DNA of 64,000 bases from Candidatus Caldarchaeales archaeon (GCA_039630085.1 JBCNVM010000006.1:17967-81966), one strand, 5' to 3'; shown: positions 1-10,210, counted from the stretch's first letter. Notes: generated by a model from the letters alone, not told the origin. Made by a program: numbers and translations.

Positions 1-327
1 TTTGAAGACCCTGTGCCAGATCTTGTACGGCACGAGCCCTAGGAAGAAGTTCCCGATGAAACCGCCGATGCTTCCGATCGTCAGAGCTCCGCCCAGTATG
101 TCGAAGCCTATCAGGTTCCCCACTGCCGAGCCCCACGCCGCCGCAGGCCCGAAGAGCAGGCTGGTGAACGGAGGTATCGCGTTGCCAGGCCTTATCGCGG
201 TTACGCCGGGGATTATCCAAATCGGGAGCGCCGCGAAGACGAAGAGCAGCGCGGCGTAGAGTCCGGCTGAGACGACGAATGCCGTGATCATCTGCGTGAA
301 GCGCCACATCGTGAAGATTTCCCTCAT
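1..327 (-). CDS. ECF transporter S component / QueT-like membrane protein (runs off the left edge)
   Basis: Not in the ORF track. Hand translation from ATG at 327: MREIFTMWRFTQMITAFVVSAGLYAAL...IRPGNAIPPFTSLLFGPAAAWGSAVGNLIGFD...; hydrophobic, with the S-component LLFGP..AWG.A.GNLI pattern. Confidence 0.75.
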   Translation of the reverse strand, partial: MREIFTMWRFTQMITAFVVSAGLYAALLFVFAALPIWIIPGVTAIRPGNAIPPFTSLLFGPAAAWGSAVGNLIGFDILGGALTIGSIGGFIGNFFLGLVPYKIWHRVFK

Positions 328-334
328 GGCGTCT

Positions 335-581
335 ATAATCGGTCGATTCAATATAAAACGGTTCCGCCACGAGAATTAACGATCTCAATCAACACGTGTC
401 GCGGAGAGGCAAAACGGTGTCCGGTCGTGGAGGCGCTGCACGAGAGGCGATAAGTTCTGCTCTTAAATATGTAACAAAAGCTTTAAATAAGGATTAAATG
501 AAGATATGAATCAGACGCATAAACTGTTTATACAATCTATATGCAATATTTAAATCTAAACCAAAATCCTCTATTGCAGCC
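335..581. promoter_or_regulatory. AT-rich divergent promoter region
   Basis: Strongly AT-rich against a high-GC background; several TATA-like elements (aatataaaa ~350, ttaaatat ~463, tttaaata 482, tttaaat ~549). Confidence 0.6.
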
Positions 582-785
582 ATGGCGGTCGTGCAGAACC
601 AGGTCAGGAAGGAGGAGAAGGTCGTCACGAGGAGGAGCTACGCGGCCGGCTACAGGTACTGCTCGAGGTGCAGGGTCTACCACCTGACCGACAGCGTGAG
701 GTGCCCGTACTGCGGGATCCTCCTGAGGAACTCTCCGAGGAAGAAGAAGCCGGTGGACCCGTCGAAGTACGTCAGAATCGAGTGA
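582..785 (+). CDS. small zinc-ribbon protein
   Basis: CSRC...CPYCG with a basic tail; TATA ~30 nt upstream of the ATG. Confidence 0.75.
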   Translation: MAVVQNQVRKEEKVVTRRSYAAGYRYCSRCRVYHLTDSVRCPYCGILLRNSPRKKKPVDPSKYVRIE

Positions 786-858
786 GCTCGAGCGGAGCGG
801 GACGACGGACCGAGGAGCCCGATAAGCTATTAGACGACTCGGAAGCCCTCACGGCGGA

Positions 859-2124
859 GTGTGGGAGGAGGAGTACAAGCGGAGGTACGTCTTCGGGGCC
901 GACTACGGGACCAGCGACTACAAGTACGGTCCGATAACGCTCGGCGAGAGGCCGCAGGTGACCGAGAACAGGGGCTACTTCCCTGAGCCTTCTATCGTCT
1001 CGAGGATAATGGGCGTCGAGAGGGAGGTCGTGGTGGGGAAGGACGTCGTGCTCTTCCTCGAGAGCGGCGCCGACCTGCTGAGCAGGATGGTCTACCCGAT
1101 GAGGAGCGGGATAGTGGGCAAGGACGACGTCAGGGCCTGGAAGGTGATCAGGGAGCTGACGAGGGCCTCGCTGGAGGAGTTCAGGCCGAAGGGCGTCGGG
1201 TTCAACGGGTTCTACGTCGTGGCGGCGCTCTCGGCGGTCGCGCCCAAGTACATGTACGAGCGGCTCTTCGAGGTCCACTCGGAGCTCGCGAAAGAGGGAC
1301 TTGTCCACTCCTCGACGATCATACCGCAGCCCCTCGCCGTCGCCATCGCCCACAAGGCGACCTCCTGCGTCGTCGTGGAGAGCGGTCACGGGAACACCCA
1401 GGTCACGCCGATCTCGAGGGCCCCGATCAGGGGAGCGGTTGTGGCCCTGAACAGGGGCGGGGCCGACGCGAACGCGATCACCGCGGAGATCCTCAAGGAC
1501 GCGGGGTACGGCGACCTAGCGAGGGAGGAGGCGCTCGTGAGGAGGGTGAAGGAGCAGCTGGGCCTTCTGCCGCTCGACCTCGACAGGGCGGTCTCGTTCG
1601 CGAGGTCCAACCCCTCCTTAGTCAGGAAGGCGATCAAAGTTCCTGGGACCAGGATCAGGATCGACCTGGGGGAGAACTCCTGGGCGAGGTTCCTGATCGG
1701 CGAGTACGTCTTCGACCCGAACAAGGAGGTCTTCGAGAGCTACTTCAAGCGCGGGATGCCGAGGCCGAAGGACGTGAAGTTCGGCGACACCGTCTTCTAC
1801 GGGACGACGACCGTTGCGGACGCGATCATCTCCGCGGTCGAGAGGTGCCCGGTGGAGCTTCAGCCCTACCTCTACTCGCAGGTAATCCTCTCGGGAGGGA
1901 ACCTCTCGTGGTCGGTCCCGCAGGAGCTGAAGGGCGTTGCCTCCGACGCGGCCACCAGGGTCAAGAAGGACCTCTCGGAGAGGGGCGTGGAGAACGTCAC
2001 CGTCAGGTCCTCCGAGGAGCCCCAGTTCACGGTCTGGAGGGGCTGCATCGTCTTCGGGTACTCGGTGCCCGCGAACTACGAGTGGTCCTGGGAGAGGATG
2101 GAGGGGTGGATGGGGTTCAGGTGA
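859..2124 (+). CDS. crenactin (archaeal actin)
   Basis: GADYGTS phosphate-1 loop, PQPLAVAIA, ESGHGN phosphate-2, LNRGGADANAIT, ILSGG, VWRG..EGW; matches my recollection of Pyrobaculum crenactin over the full length. Confidence 0.93.
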   Translation: MWEEEYKRRYVFGADYGTSDYKYGPITLGERPQVTENRGYFPEPSIVSRIMGVEREVVVGKDVVLFLESGADLLSRMVYPMRSGIVGKDDVRAWKVIRELTRASLEEFRPKGVGFNGFYVVAALSAVAPKYMYERLFEVHSELAKEGLVHSSTIIPQPLAVAIAHKATSCVVVESGHGNTQVTPISRAPIRGAVVALNRGGADANAITAEILKDAGYGDLAREEALVRRVKEQLGLLPLDLDRAVSFARSNPSLVRKAIKVPGTRIRIDLGENSWARFLIGEYVFDPNKEVFESYFKRGMPRPKDVKFGDTVFYGTTTVADAIISAVERCPVELQPYLYSQVILSGGNLSWSVPQELKGVASDAATRVKKDLSERGVENVTVRSSEEPQFTVWRGCIVFGYSVPANYEWSWERMEGWMGFR

Positions 2125-2130
2125 GGCCCC

Positions 2131-3174
2131 TTGGGGTGCGACGTGCTCTTCGACGTCCTCACCCCGAAGCAGGCCCTCTTCTTCTGGGCCGTCGGCCAGG
2201 AGCTCAGGGCCCGGGGCATCGAGGTCTCCTACGTTGCCAGGGAATACGAGCAGCTGGACTGGGTCGAGCGTGAGCTCCGGCTCGGGGCCCTGAAGGTCGG
2301 GAGGTTCGGCGAGGAGGGGCTCGAGGGGAAGCTGGTCGCGAGCACCGAGAGGCAGGCGGCCCTCATCGGGGTCCTCAGGGAGCTCAGGCCGAGGCTCACG
2401 GCCTCGAGCGGGTCTATCGAGCTCTGCAGGGTCGCTTACGGCCTCGCGGTCAGGCACTACCTCGCCTCCGACACGCCCCACTCGCCGGTGAACAGGGTCT
2501 GCGTCCCGCTCTCCGACTTGGTCGCGACGCCCCGCTACATACCCATCGGGGAGTGGAGGAGGTGGGCGACGCCCTCGACCGAGTTCCTGAGGTACGGGGC
2601 CCTCGACCCGATCGCTTGGATCAGGAGGCTGGAGGACTCGGCGCAACGGAGCCCGGGGAGGAGGTACGTCCTCGTCAGGCCGCCGGAGAGGAAGGCGAGC
2701 TACCTCCAATCGAGGGGCTTGGAGGGGACATCGGCGGTGATCCGGGCCCTCAGCTCCAACTACGAGGGCGAGGTGCTGGTAGTCGCGAGGTACAGGGACG
2801 ACGCCCCCCTTCTCTCAGGGGCCTCGGGAGATCGGGTGAAGGTGCTGAACGAGCCGACGCTGCTGCTGCCGCTGATCGCCGGCGCCGACGCGGTCTTCTC
2901 CGGCGGCGGGACCACGGCCCAAGAGGCCGCGCTGCTCGGCGTCCCTACGTTCACCTTCTACCCCGGGGAGATGCCCGCCGTCCACAGGTTCCTAATCAGG
3001 CGAGGATTGTTGAGGGAGGTCGAACCCGAGGAGCGCTCGGTCTCGGCTGCGATCGAGCTCGCGGGGGATGCCGGGTTCAGGAGGAGGCTCCGGGAGAGGG
3101 CGAGGAGGCTGAGGGACTCGATGGAGGACCCCGCCGAGGCCCTCGCGAACGCCATCGCCGCTGGACTGGAGTAG
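2131..3174 (+). CDS. DUF354 family glycosyltransferase-like protein
   Basis: N-terminal FDVLTPKQALFF, DTPHS, and GGGTTAQEAALLGVP (GT-B fold motif). Confidence 0.8.
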   Translation: MGCDVLFDVLTPKQALFFWAVGQELRARGIEVSYVAREYEQLDWVERELRLGALKVGRFGEEGLEGKLVASTERQAALIGVLRELRPRLTASSGSIELCRVAYGLAVRHYLASDTPHSPVNRVCVPLSDLVATPRYIPIGEWRRWATPSTEFLRYGALDPIAWIRRLEDSAQRSPGRRYVLVRPPERKASYLQSRGLEGTSAVIRALSSNYEGEVLVVARYRDDAPLLSGASGDRVKVLNEPTLLLPLIAGADAVFSGGGTTAQEAALLGVPTFTFYPGEMPAVHRFLIRRGLLREVEPEERSVSAAIELAGDAGFRRRLRERARRLRDSMEDPAEALANAIAAGLE

Positions 3175-3216
3175 CTTGATGGACCGGCGATTCGGGTCGC
3201 TACTCGGTGGTGGGCG

Positions 3217-4521
3217 CTGAGGGTCTTCGCTGACCTGCAGATCCACTCGAGGTACTCGGGGGCCACCTCGACCAAGATGACCTTGGACGAGCTCGTCTAC
3301 TACGCCGACCTCAAGGGAATAGACCTGATGGGTACCGGCGACGCCCTTCACCCGCTATGGCTGAGGGAGCTGACCGAGAACACAACGGAGGTCTCGCGGG
3401 GCATCTACGCGTACAGGGGAGGAGGGAGGGTGAGGTTCGTGGCCCAGACGGAGGTCGCGACCGTCCACGACTACGCCGGGAAGACGAGGAAGATCCACCA
3501 CGTGATCCTGATGCCGAGCCTCGAGGTCGCGGGCCAGCTCTCGGACGCGCTGAGGAGGTACGGGAACGTCGATTCAGACGGGAGGCCGGTGCTGAACGTC
3601 AGGCCGAGCGAGCTGGTCGAGGTCGTCCTCCAGACCGACCCCAGGTGCTACGTCTTCCCCGCCCACGCCTGGACTCCTTGGTGGTCGATCTTCGGGGCCT
3701 TCAGCGGCGTCGACTCGGTCGAGGAGTGCTACGAGGACAAGTCCGACCGGATCCGCGCGATCGAGACCGGTCTGAGCAGCGACCCCCCGATGAACTGGAG
3801 GGTGAGCGCGCTGGACCGATACCTCCTGATCAGCTCCTCCGACTCCCACAGCCCCTACCCCTACCGCATAGGGAGGGAGATGGTCGTCCTCGAGCTGGAG
3901 GACCTCTCCTACGACAGCCTCCACGCGGCCCTCTCCCGCTCCCCGGGCCCCTCGAGGGCCGTCATGACGGTCGAGGTCCCTCCGAGCTACGGGAAGTACC
4001 ACTGGTCGGGGCACAGGAGGTGCGGCGTGGGCCCGCTGAGCCCGAAGGAAGCGAGGAGGCTGAACTACGTCTGCCCGAGGTGCGGCAGGAGGCTCACGAA
4101 GGGCGTCGAGGACAGGGTCGAGGAGCTCGCCGACAGGCCGGAGGGCTACAGGCCGGAGGGCGCACTGGACTTCGTCTACCTGCTGCCGCTTCAGGAGCTG
4201 ATCGCCCTTAGCAGGGGAGAGGACCCGAACTCGGTCAACCTGATGTCGAAGGCGATATGGGGCGAGTACGTGAGGCTGGTGGGGTCCTTCGGGAGCGAAG
4301 TCCGAGTGCTCCTCGAGGCGCCAGTCGAGGAGATCGCGAGGCTCAACGACTCTATCCTCGCGCGGCTGATCGAGAGGATGAGGAGGAACCGGCTTGAGGT
4401 CGTGCCAGGATACGACGGCGTCTACGGAAGGGTCAAGCTGCCTGAGGGCATCGGCGCTAGGAGGAGGGCGCCTGAGTCCGGGGCTGGGAAGAGGAGGACT
4501 AAGACCCTCGACGATTACTGA
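3217..4521 (+). CDS. endonuclease Q family (PHP domain plus Zn finger); probable CTG start
   Basis: LRVFADLQIHSRYSGATS lies upstream of the ORF-track ATG (3277); GTGD..HP, PAHAWTPW, ETGLSSD, SDSHS, GKYH..GH..C, CP.CG, GYDGVYG. Confidence 0.88.
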   Translation: MRVFADLQIHSRYSGATSTKMTLDELVYYADLKGIDLMGTGDALHPLWLRELTENTTEVSRGIYAYRGGGRVRFVAQTEVATVHDYAGKTRKIHHVILMPSLEVAGQLSDALRRYGNVDSDGRPVLNVRPSELVEVVLQTDPRCYVFPAHAWTPWWSIFGAFSGVDSVEECYEDKSDRIRAIETGLSSDPPMNWRVSALDRYLLISSSDSHSPYPYRIGREMVVLELEDLSYDSLHAALSRSPGPSRAVMTVEVPPSYGKYHWSGHRRCGVGPLSPKEARRLNYVCPRCGRRLTKGVEDRVEELADRPEGYRPEGALDFVYLLPLQELIALSRGEDPNSVNLMSKAIWGEYVRLVGSFGSEVRVLLEAPVEEIARLNDSILARLIERMRRNRLEVVPGYDGVYGRVKLPEGIGARRRAPESGAGKRRTKTLDDY

Positions 4522-4536
4522 CGTGAAACCCTGTGG

Positions 4537-6441
4537 TTAGGCGAGCCTTAGGGAGTCGAGGTTGTTCGGCGCGTAGACCGAGGCCCCCGGAACCACCTTC
4601 CTCGCGACCGGGTACATGGCCTGGATCGCCTCGGGCTCACCGTGGAGGAGGACGACGTTCCTGGGCCTGGTGGAGACCCGCTTGAGGTAGTTGATCAGCT
4701 GCTGCCTGCTCGAGTGGCCCGAGAACCCGTCGACCTTGTCGACCTTCATCCTCACCGTCAGGGCCTCGAACTTCCCCTCCTCGTTCATCACCTGGACCTC
4801 CCTCATCCCCTTCAGGATCTTCCTCCCGAGGGTGCCCTCGACCTGATAGCTGACAAACTGCAGCAGGTTCCGCTCGTCGCCGCAGAGCTTCCTGAAGTAC
4901 ACGAGGACCGGACCTCCCTCCATCATGCCCGAGGTCGCGAGGATGATGGCGGACTCCGTCGACTGGAGGACCTCCTCCCTCTGGTGGGGGCTCCTGACCA
5001 GCGTGAAGTAGTCGGAGAGGAAGACGTTCCCCACCTGCTCCATCTCGGCCTGGAGCTTGGCCGACATGTACTCGGGAAACGTCATGTGGATCGCGGTGGA
5101 CTCGATGAGGAGTCCGTCGAGGAAGACCGGGACCTCAGGGATCACCTTCTGCTCGAAGAGCCTCCTGATCACCAGCATGATCTCCTGGGCCCTCCCGACC
5201 GCCGGAACGGGTATCAGGACCTGCCCTCCCTCCCTCACGGTCTGGGATATCCTCTCGCCGAGCATCCTGACGCTCTCCTCCCTCGTGTAGGGGACCGGAG
5301 TCGCGCCGTAGGTGCTCTCGAGTATCAGCGTCTCGACCCTCGGGAACTTCGTGACCGCGGGGCTCAGCATCTCGGTCTCCTCGTACTTGAAGTCGCCGGT
5401 GTAGACGACGTTGTGAAACCCGTCGTTGACGTGGAGGTGCGCTATCGCGGAGCCTATGATGTGGCCGGCGTTGTAGAACGTCAGCCTCATGTCTGGGGTT
5501 ATGTTGGTGACCACGCCGTACCTGAGCGTGACCGTGTACTGCGCGACCGTCCTAATGTCGTGCTCTGAGTAGGGCGCGAACTCCCCCTCCTTCCCCATCA
5601 GGTTGAGGTAGTCGAGGTGCTCCATGATCATCAGGGGCAGCGTCGGCTCCGTCATGTAGACCGGGCCCCTGTAGCCGTACTTGAAGAGAAGCGGGAGGGC
5701 CCCGTGGTGGTCCATGTGGGAGTGCGTTACGACGACCGCGTCCAGCTCCTCGATCAGGTCCGGGTGGGCGTCGAACCTCGGGAAGACGTCGTGGATCTTG
5801 GTCGCGCCGGCGTTGATGCCCGCGTCGAGTAGGACCGTGCTCTCCTTCGTCTTGACCAGCAGGCAGGACCTCCCGACCTGCATAGCGCCCCCGAGGAACG
5901 TGACGACGACCTCGCTGTCCTGGAAGAGCCTGTCCCTGAAGACCCTCTCGCCGATCGACCTGAGGATCTCTATCCGCTCGGGCCCGGCCCCGTAGATGTA
6001 CTTGCTCACCTTCTCGACGGTCGTCGAGGTCATCGGCGGAGCCCTCCTCACCGTCACGACCCACCTGAGCCTGTTCTCGAGGTCGGCCACGACGGCCTCG
6101 TCGATCGGGACCACAACGTCCTTCGTCTTGATGGTGACGATCGCCTCGCCCAGCTCCTCGTCGACCCGGAGGCTGTACTGGTGGCCCGCGAACGCCTCAG
6201 CGACCGCGGCCTCCACCTCCTCCCTCGGAGCCCTTATCGAGGGGTCAGGCCTGATCACGACCCTCTTCTTGATCATGCTGACCAGCTCCCTCGCGATCCT
6301 GTTCCTGTCCGCGAAGACTTCCGGCCTGTCGGTGTAGATCGCGATCCTCGGCCCCTCGTAGTCTATCTTCGTCGCGACGCGCTGTCCTTGACCCACCGTC
6401 GCTAGATAGCCTAAGATCTCGTCCCTGATCGGGCTAAACAT
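4537..6441 (-). CDS. aCPSF1/FttA beta-CASP ribonuclease with N-terminal KH domains
   Basis: YEGPRIAIY KH region, HSHMDH, AGHIIGSA, GDFK, ESTYG, FSGHS, HGE, C-terminal NLDSLRL. Confidence 0.92.
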   Translation of the reverse strand: MFSPIRDEILGYLATVGQGQRVATKIDYEGPRIAIYTDRPEVFADRNRIARELVSMIKKRVVIRPDPSIRAPREEVEAAVAEAFAGHQYSLRVDEELGEAIVTIKTKDVVVPIDEAVVADLENRLRWVVTVRRAPPMTSTTVEKVSKYIYGAGPERIEILRSIGERVFRDRLFQDSEVVVTFLGGAMQVGRSCLLVKTKESTVLLDAGINAGATKIHDVFPRFDAHPDLIEELDAVVVTHSHMDHHGALPLLFKYGYRGPVYMTEPTLPLMIMEHLDYLNLMGKEGEFAPYSEHDIRTVAQYTVTLRYGVVTNITPDMRLTFYNAGHIIGSAIAHLHVNDGFHNVVYTGDFKYEETEMLSPAVTKFPRVETLILESTYGATPVPYTREESVRMLGERISQTVREGGQVLIPVPAVGRAQEIMLVIRRLFEQKVIPEVPVFLDGLLIESTAIHMTFPEYMSAKLQAEMEQVGNVFLSDYFTLVRSPHQREEVLQSTESAIILATSGMMEGGPVLVYFRKLCGDERNLLQFVSYQVEGTLGRKILKGMREVQVMNEEGKFEALTVRMKVDKVDGFSGHSSRQQLINYLKRVSTRPRNVVLLHGEPEAIQAMYPVARKVVPGASVYAPNNLDSLRLA

Positions 6442-6699
6442 GAGCTTTCTTTCACCTTCTGGGCGACAGCCCGAACTGAACCCACTCCGTCTTTATTTAA
6501 GTGTAAATCGGCGGACTTTCGCCCCGTTTGGCGCTCGCATCGCCGGTTCGCGTCCGCGCTCACCACCCCGATGACGCCGGAGGGGGCACGGCGTCGTCAC
6601 GGCACCCGCTGAGCCGACGCGCCGAGGACCGGACCAGAGCAGCTCCGGCCCTCCTCGGGACGGTTTATCTCCAAGCGAGGCGCGGAATGTGGACCGAAA

Positions 6700-8031
6700 T
6701 TGCAGGACGAAGTGGTAAGCGTGACTAGGGCCCACCTCTTCGGGACCTGGAGGAAGCAGAGGGGCTGGACGCCCCTCAACGTCGTGAAGGGGGAAGGCTG
6801 TTACGTCCTGGACGCCTCGGGGAGGTCTATCCTGGACTTCTCCTCGATGCTGGTCTGCGTCAACCTGGGATACTCGAACAGGGCGATATCGGAGGCGGTG
6901 GCGTCGCAGATCGGAACCCTGCCCTACGTGATACCCTTCATGACCACCGGCGTGAAGGCCGAAGTCGCGCGGCTCCTGAAGGAGGTCCTTCCGGAGGGCC
7001 TCGAGAAGTTCTTCTTCTCGACGTCGGGGACGGACGCGGTCGAGGCCGCGATCAAGATCGCGAGGCTGAAGACCGGCAGGCCCAAGATCCTCTCGAGGTA
7101 CGTCTCCTACCACGGGTCCACGACGGGTTCCATCGCGGCCAGCGGCGAGGTGAGGAGGTGGTTCGTCGAGCACTTCGGGAAGGCCGGAGACGTCGTCTTC
7201 GCCCCGCCGCCCTACTGTTACAGGTGCCCGTTCAAGCTGAAGTACCCCGACTGCGGAATCGCCTGCGTCGAGGTCATCGACCACATAATCAAGAACGAGT
7301 TCGGGATAGCGGGGATCCTCTTCGAGCCCGTGGTGGGCACTAACGGCGTGATAGTCCCTCCGGACGGGTACATGGAGAGGCTCCAGGAGATAGCGAGGGA
7401 GAACGACGTCCTCCTCATCGACGACGAGGTGATGACCGGATGGTTCAGGACCGGGAAGTGGTTCGCGGTCGAGCACTGGGGCGTCAAGCCCGACATCCTC
7501 GTCACAGCTAAAGGCCTCACCTCCGCATACGTCCCGCTCGCGCTCACCGCTGTCAGCAGGGAGATCGCCGAGCACTTCGAGGACAACTTCTTCGCCCACG
7601 GCCACACGTACGAGGCCCATCCGGTGGCGCTAGCCGCCGCGAAGGCCGCGATCCAGGAGTACCGGAGGCTGAGGATTTGGGAGAACGTCGAGAGGGTCGG
7701 GAAATACTTGGGCAGAAGGCTGAGGGAGCTGGAGGAGAGGCACCGGTCGGTGGGAGAGGTGAGGGGGATCGGCATGTTCTGGGCGATCGACCTCACTAGG
7801 GACAGGAGCACGAGGGAGCCCTTCAACGTCTACTCGGACAAGTACGCGGGGAACTCGACGATGGCCGAGAGGTTGGCGGCGGAGGCGCTCAAGCGGGGCG
7901 TCTACGTCCTAGGCTACGTCAACAACCTCGTGATCGCTCCGCCCCTCATCGCGACCGAGGCCGACGTCGACAGGGGAGTTGCGGTCCTGGACGAGGTCCT
8001 CCGCGTCTCGGACCAGGAGGCGAGGGGCTGA
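6700..8031 (+). CDS. class III PLP-dependent aminotransferase
   Basis: SGTDAVEAA, SYHGST, DEVMTGWFRTG, PDILVTAKGLTS, HGHTYEAHP. Confidence 0.9.
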   Translation: MQDEVVSVTRAHLFGTWRKQRGWTPLNVVKGEGCYVLDASGRSILDFSSMLVCVNLGYSNRAISEAVASQIGTLPYVIPFMTTGVKAEVARLLKEVLPEGLEKFFFSTSGTDAVEAAIKIARLKTGRPKILSRYVSYHGSTTGSIAASGEVRRWFVEHFGKAGDVVFAPPPYCYRCPFKLKYPDCGIACVEVIDHIIKNEFGIAGILFEPVVGTNGVIVPPDGYMERLQEIARENDVLLIDDEVMTGWFRTGKWFAVEHWGVKPDILVTAKGLTSAYVPLALTAVSREIAEHFEDNFFAHGHTYEAHPVALAAAKAAIQEYRRLRIWENVERVGKYLGRRLRELEERHRSVGEVRGIGMFWAIDLTRDRSTREPFNVYSDKYAGNSTMAERLAAEALKRGVYVLGYVNNLVIAPPLIATEADVDRGVAVLDEVLRVSDQEARG

Positions 8032-8032
8032 C

Positions 8033-8953
8033 TCAGGCCACCGACAACATCAGGTACGAGACGACTATCGAGACGTAGATCAGCGAGAAGGAGATCAGCG
8101 CGGCCACGTGCCACCTCATCCTCCTCACGTAGGAGAGGCCGGCCGCGAAGACGAGGAACGACCCCATCTGAGCTATCACTAGGATCAGGTTCGCGGTGAC
8201 GCTGTTCGGGAGCGGGAACGCGGCCTCGAACTGCCCGAGCCTCAGGACCCTGTCGACGAAGGCCGCTGCGGGGTATAGTGACATCGGGAGGAGCCCGAGC
8301 GGCAACAGGGCCAGCATCTGCCTCCACTGCCCCCCGAACGTGATCAGCGACGCGAGGAGCCCCTTCACCCCCTTGAACCTGTCGGGCGTCCTGCCCGAGA
8401 GGCGCTCGTAGACCTCGGAGAGGGCCGAGAAGTACCCGTAGGTGAGGAGGGCCGTGGCCGCGAGGCAGGCCGCGAGGCCGTCGACCGTGAAGTGCTTGAA
8501 CTTGTACACGTGGAGGATCAGGATGACGAACTTGCCGTTCAGCAGGAGCGCCACCAGCACGGCCGCCGAGAGGGCCGCCGTCAGCGCCCCGATCCTCGGC
8601 CTCTCCACGAAGGGGCCGATCAGCCACGTGGGGACGAAGACCTGGCTCAGCAGCTCGATCGCCCTGCTCCGCCTCTGCTCAATTTCCTCGAAGGAGAGGT
8701 CGTCCCTCGTCTTCAGGTACCTGTAGACCTGCTCCCCGAGCTTGGTGAGGACGTAGTTCCGCTTGTCGTCCTGGGCCACGAGGTCCCTCAGCTGCCTGAG
8801 GTTGTAGTAGAGGGAGCCCGTGCTTATTCCGAGCCTCTCCCTCAGGGCGACCGCGCCTATCCTCCCCGAGTCGCCGACGACCTCGATGATCCTCCGCCTG
8901 ATGCGGTGCCGGAGCAGCCACAAGAGCTCCCGCTCGTCGATGCCTTCAGCCAA
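8033..8953 (-). CDS. ArsR-like winged-HTH fused to a multi-pass membrane domain
   Basis: HRIRRRII...ISTGSLYYNLRQL...YVLTKLG followed by about 5 hydrophobic helices. Confidence 0.75.
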   Translation of the reverse strand: MAEGIDERELLWLLRHRIRRRIIEVVGDSGRIGAVALRERLGISTGSLYYNLRQLRDLVAQDDKRNYVLTKLGEQVYRYLKTRDDLSFEEIEQRRSRAIELLSQVFVPTWLIGPFVERPRIGALTAALSAAVLVALLLNGKFVILILHVYKFKHFTVDGLAACLAATALLTYGYFSALSEVYERLSGRTPDRFKGVKGLLASLITFGGQWRQMLALLPLGLLPMSLYPAAAFVDRVLRLGQFEAAFPLPNSVTANLILVIAQMGSFLVFAAGLSYVRRMRWHVAALISFSLIYVSIVVSYLMLSVA

Positions 8954-9068
8954 AATCTCCGCACCAACGGGTGACCGGGTCCGCTGGATATTTACCGTTA
9001 TTCGGCCGGAGCCTCACAACGTAGCCTCGAATGACCTTAAGAGAAGGCTCCGGACCCGCACGTCGGGA

Positions 9069-10175
9069 ATGAAGGACAGCGGGCCCGGGAAGTCGGTCTA
9101 CAGGGCCGACAAGGAGAAGGAGGAGGTCCTCAAGGGGCTGAAGGCGCTCGGGACCAGGATTGTCAACGACCTGAAGAGGGAGAGATGGCCCTCGGTTGAG
9201 CTGCCCCTCAGGACGACCAAGAACATCGTCTACGACGCGGACCTCAGGCAGTACGTGCTCGGGCCGAAGAAGGCCGTCAGGACCCTCAGCAACATCAGGC
9301 ACGTCAGGCCCTTCGCGCAGATGGTGTGGTTGATGAAGTTCTCCAAGCAGCTGATCGAGTCGGGGAAGACGTCGACCCTCAGGGACACCTACTACGTCGC
9401 GCTGGGCGAGAACGTCGACTTCGAGGACCAGGACGAGAGCGACGACATCATCTTGGAGCTGGAGAGCGTGCTCGGGCACCCGAGGGAGGACTTCAACATC
9501 TTCCCGGAGGAGAGGGCCTCGATATACGGGGACCTCGTGATCGAGTACACCGTTCCCGGCTTCAGGGGGAACAGAGTAGACCTCTCGACGCACCCGGACG
9601 GATACGCGATCGGTCCGGCCCTCACGACCGCCGAGTTCGTCAGGTGCGGGGCAGAGATGGTCTTCGTGATCGAGAAGGGCGCGGTCTTCAGCAGGTTCGT
9701 CGAGGAGAGGGCCGACAGGAAGTTCAAGGCGCTCCTGATCCACACCGCCGGTCAGTCGCCGAGGAACTGCAGGAAGCTGATCAGGAGGCTGAGGGAGGAG
9801 CTGGACCTCCCGATCTACGTCTTCACCGACGCCGACCCCTACGGCGTCCACATAGCCTCGGTCCTGATCCACGGATCAGCGCTCTCCGCGCACATCAAGC
9901 AGATCAACGTCCCCGACGCGATCTGGGCCGGCGTCTACGCGACTGACATCACGAAGTACAAGCTGCCCTCGATGAAGTTCACCGATGTCGACGAGAAGAG
10001 GCTCTCGGAGCTCCTGGAGGACCCCAGGTATCAGGCCGACCCCTGGAGGAGGGAGGTGAAGTACTTCGAGAAGCTGAAGAGGAAGGCGGAGCTCGAGGCC
10101 TTCTCGAAGTACGGGCTCGAGTTCATCGTGAAGGACTTCCTTCCTGAGAGGCTAGCGGAGCTCCAGAAGCGGTGA
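9069..10175 (+). CDS. top6A: DNA topoisomerase VI subunit A
   Basis: STLRDTYY catalytic Tyr motif, VIEK and FTDADPYG TOPRIM, KAELEAF; start moved to ATG 9069. Confidence 0.93.
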   Translation: MKDSGPGKSVYRADKEKEEVLKGLKALGTRIVNDLKRERWPSVELPLRTTKNIVYDADLRQYVLGPKKAVRTLSNIRHVRPFAQMVWLMKFSKQLIESGKTSTLRDTYYVALGENVDFEDQDESDDIILELESVLGHPREDFNIFPEERASIYGDLVIEYTVPGFRGNRVDLSTHPDGYAIGPALTTAEFVRCGAEMVFVIEKGAVFSRFVEERADRKFKALLIHTAGQSPRNCRKLIRRLREELDLPIYVFTDADPYGVHIASVLIHGSALSAHIKQINVPDAIWAGVYATDITKYKLPSMKFTDVDEKRLSELLEDPRYQADPWRREVKYFEKLKRKAELEAFSKYGLEFIVKDFLPERLAELQKR

Positions 10176-10210
10176 GTTATTAGGCCGGCGGGGCGTAACG
10201 CTCTTGGGTA

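Noticed and set aside
582-785. RNA polymerase subunit P (rpoP)
   Set aside because: Shares only the generic RCPYCG knuckle; the N-terminal extension and C-terminal pattern do not fit, so no symbol was given
6560-6660. Two GC-rich hairpins between aCPSF1 and the aminotransferase as an ncRNA or riboswitch
   Set aside because: No recognisable family motif; stems of this length are expected by chance at this GC content
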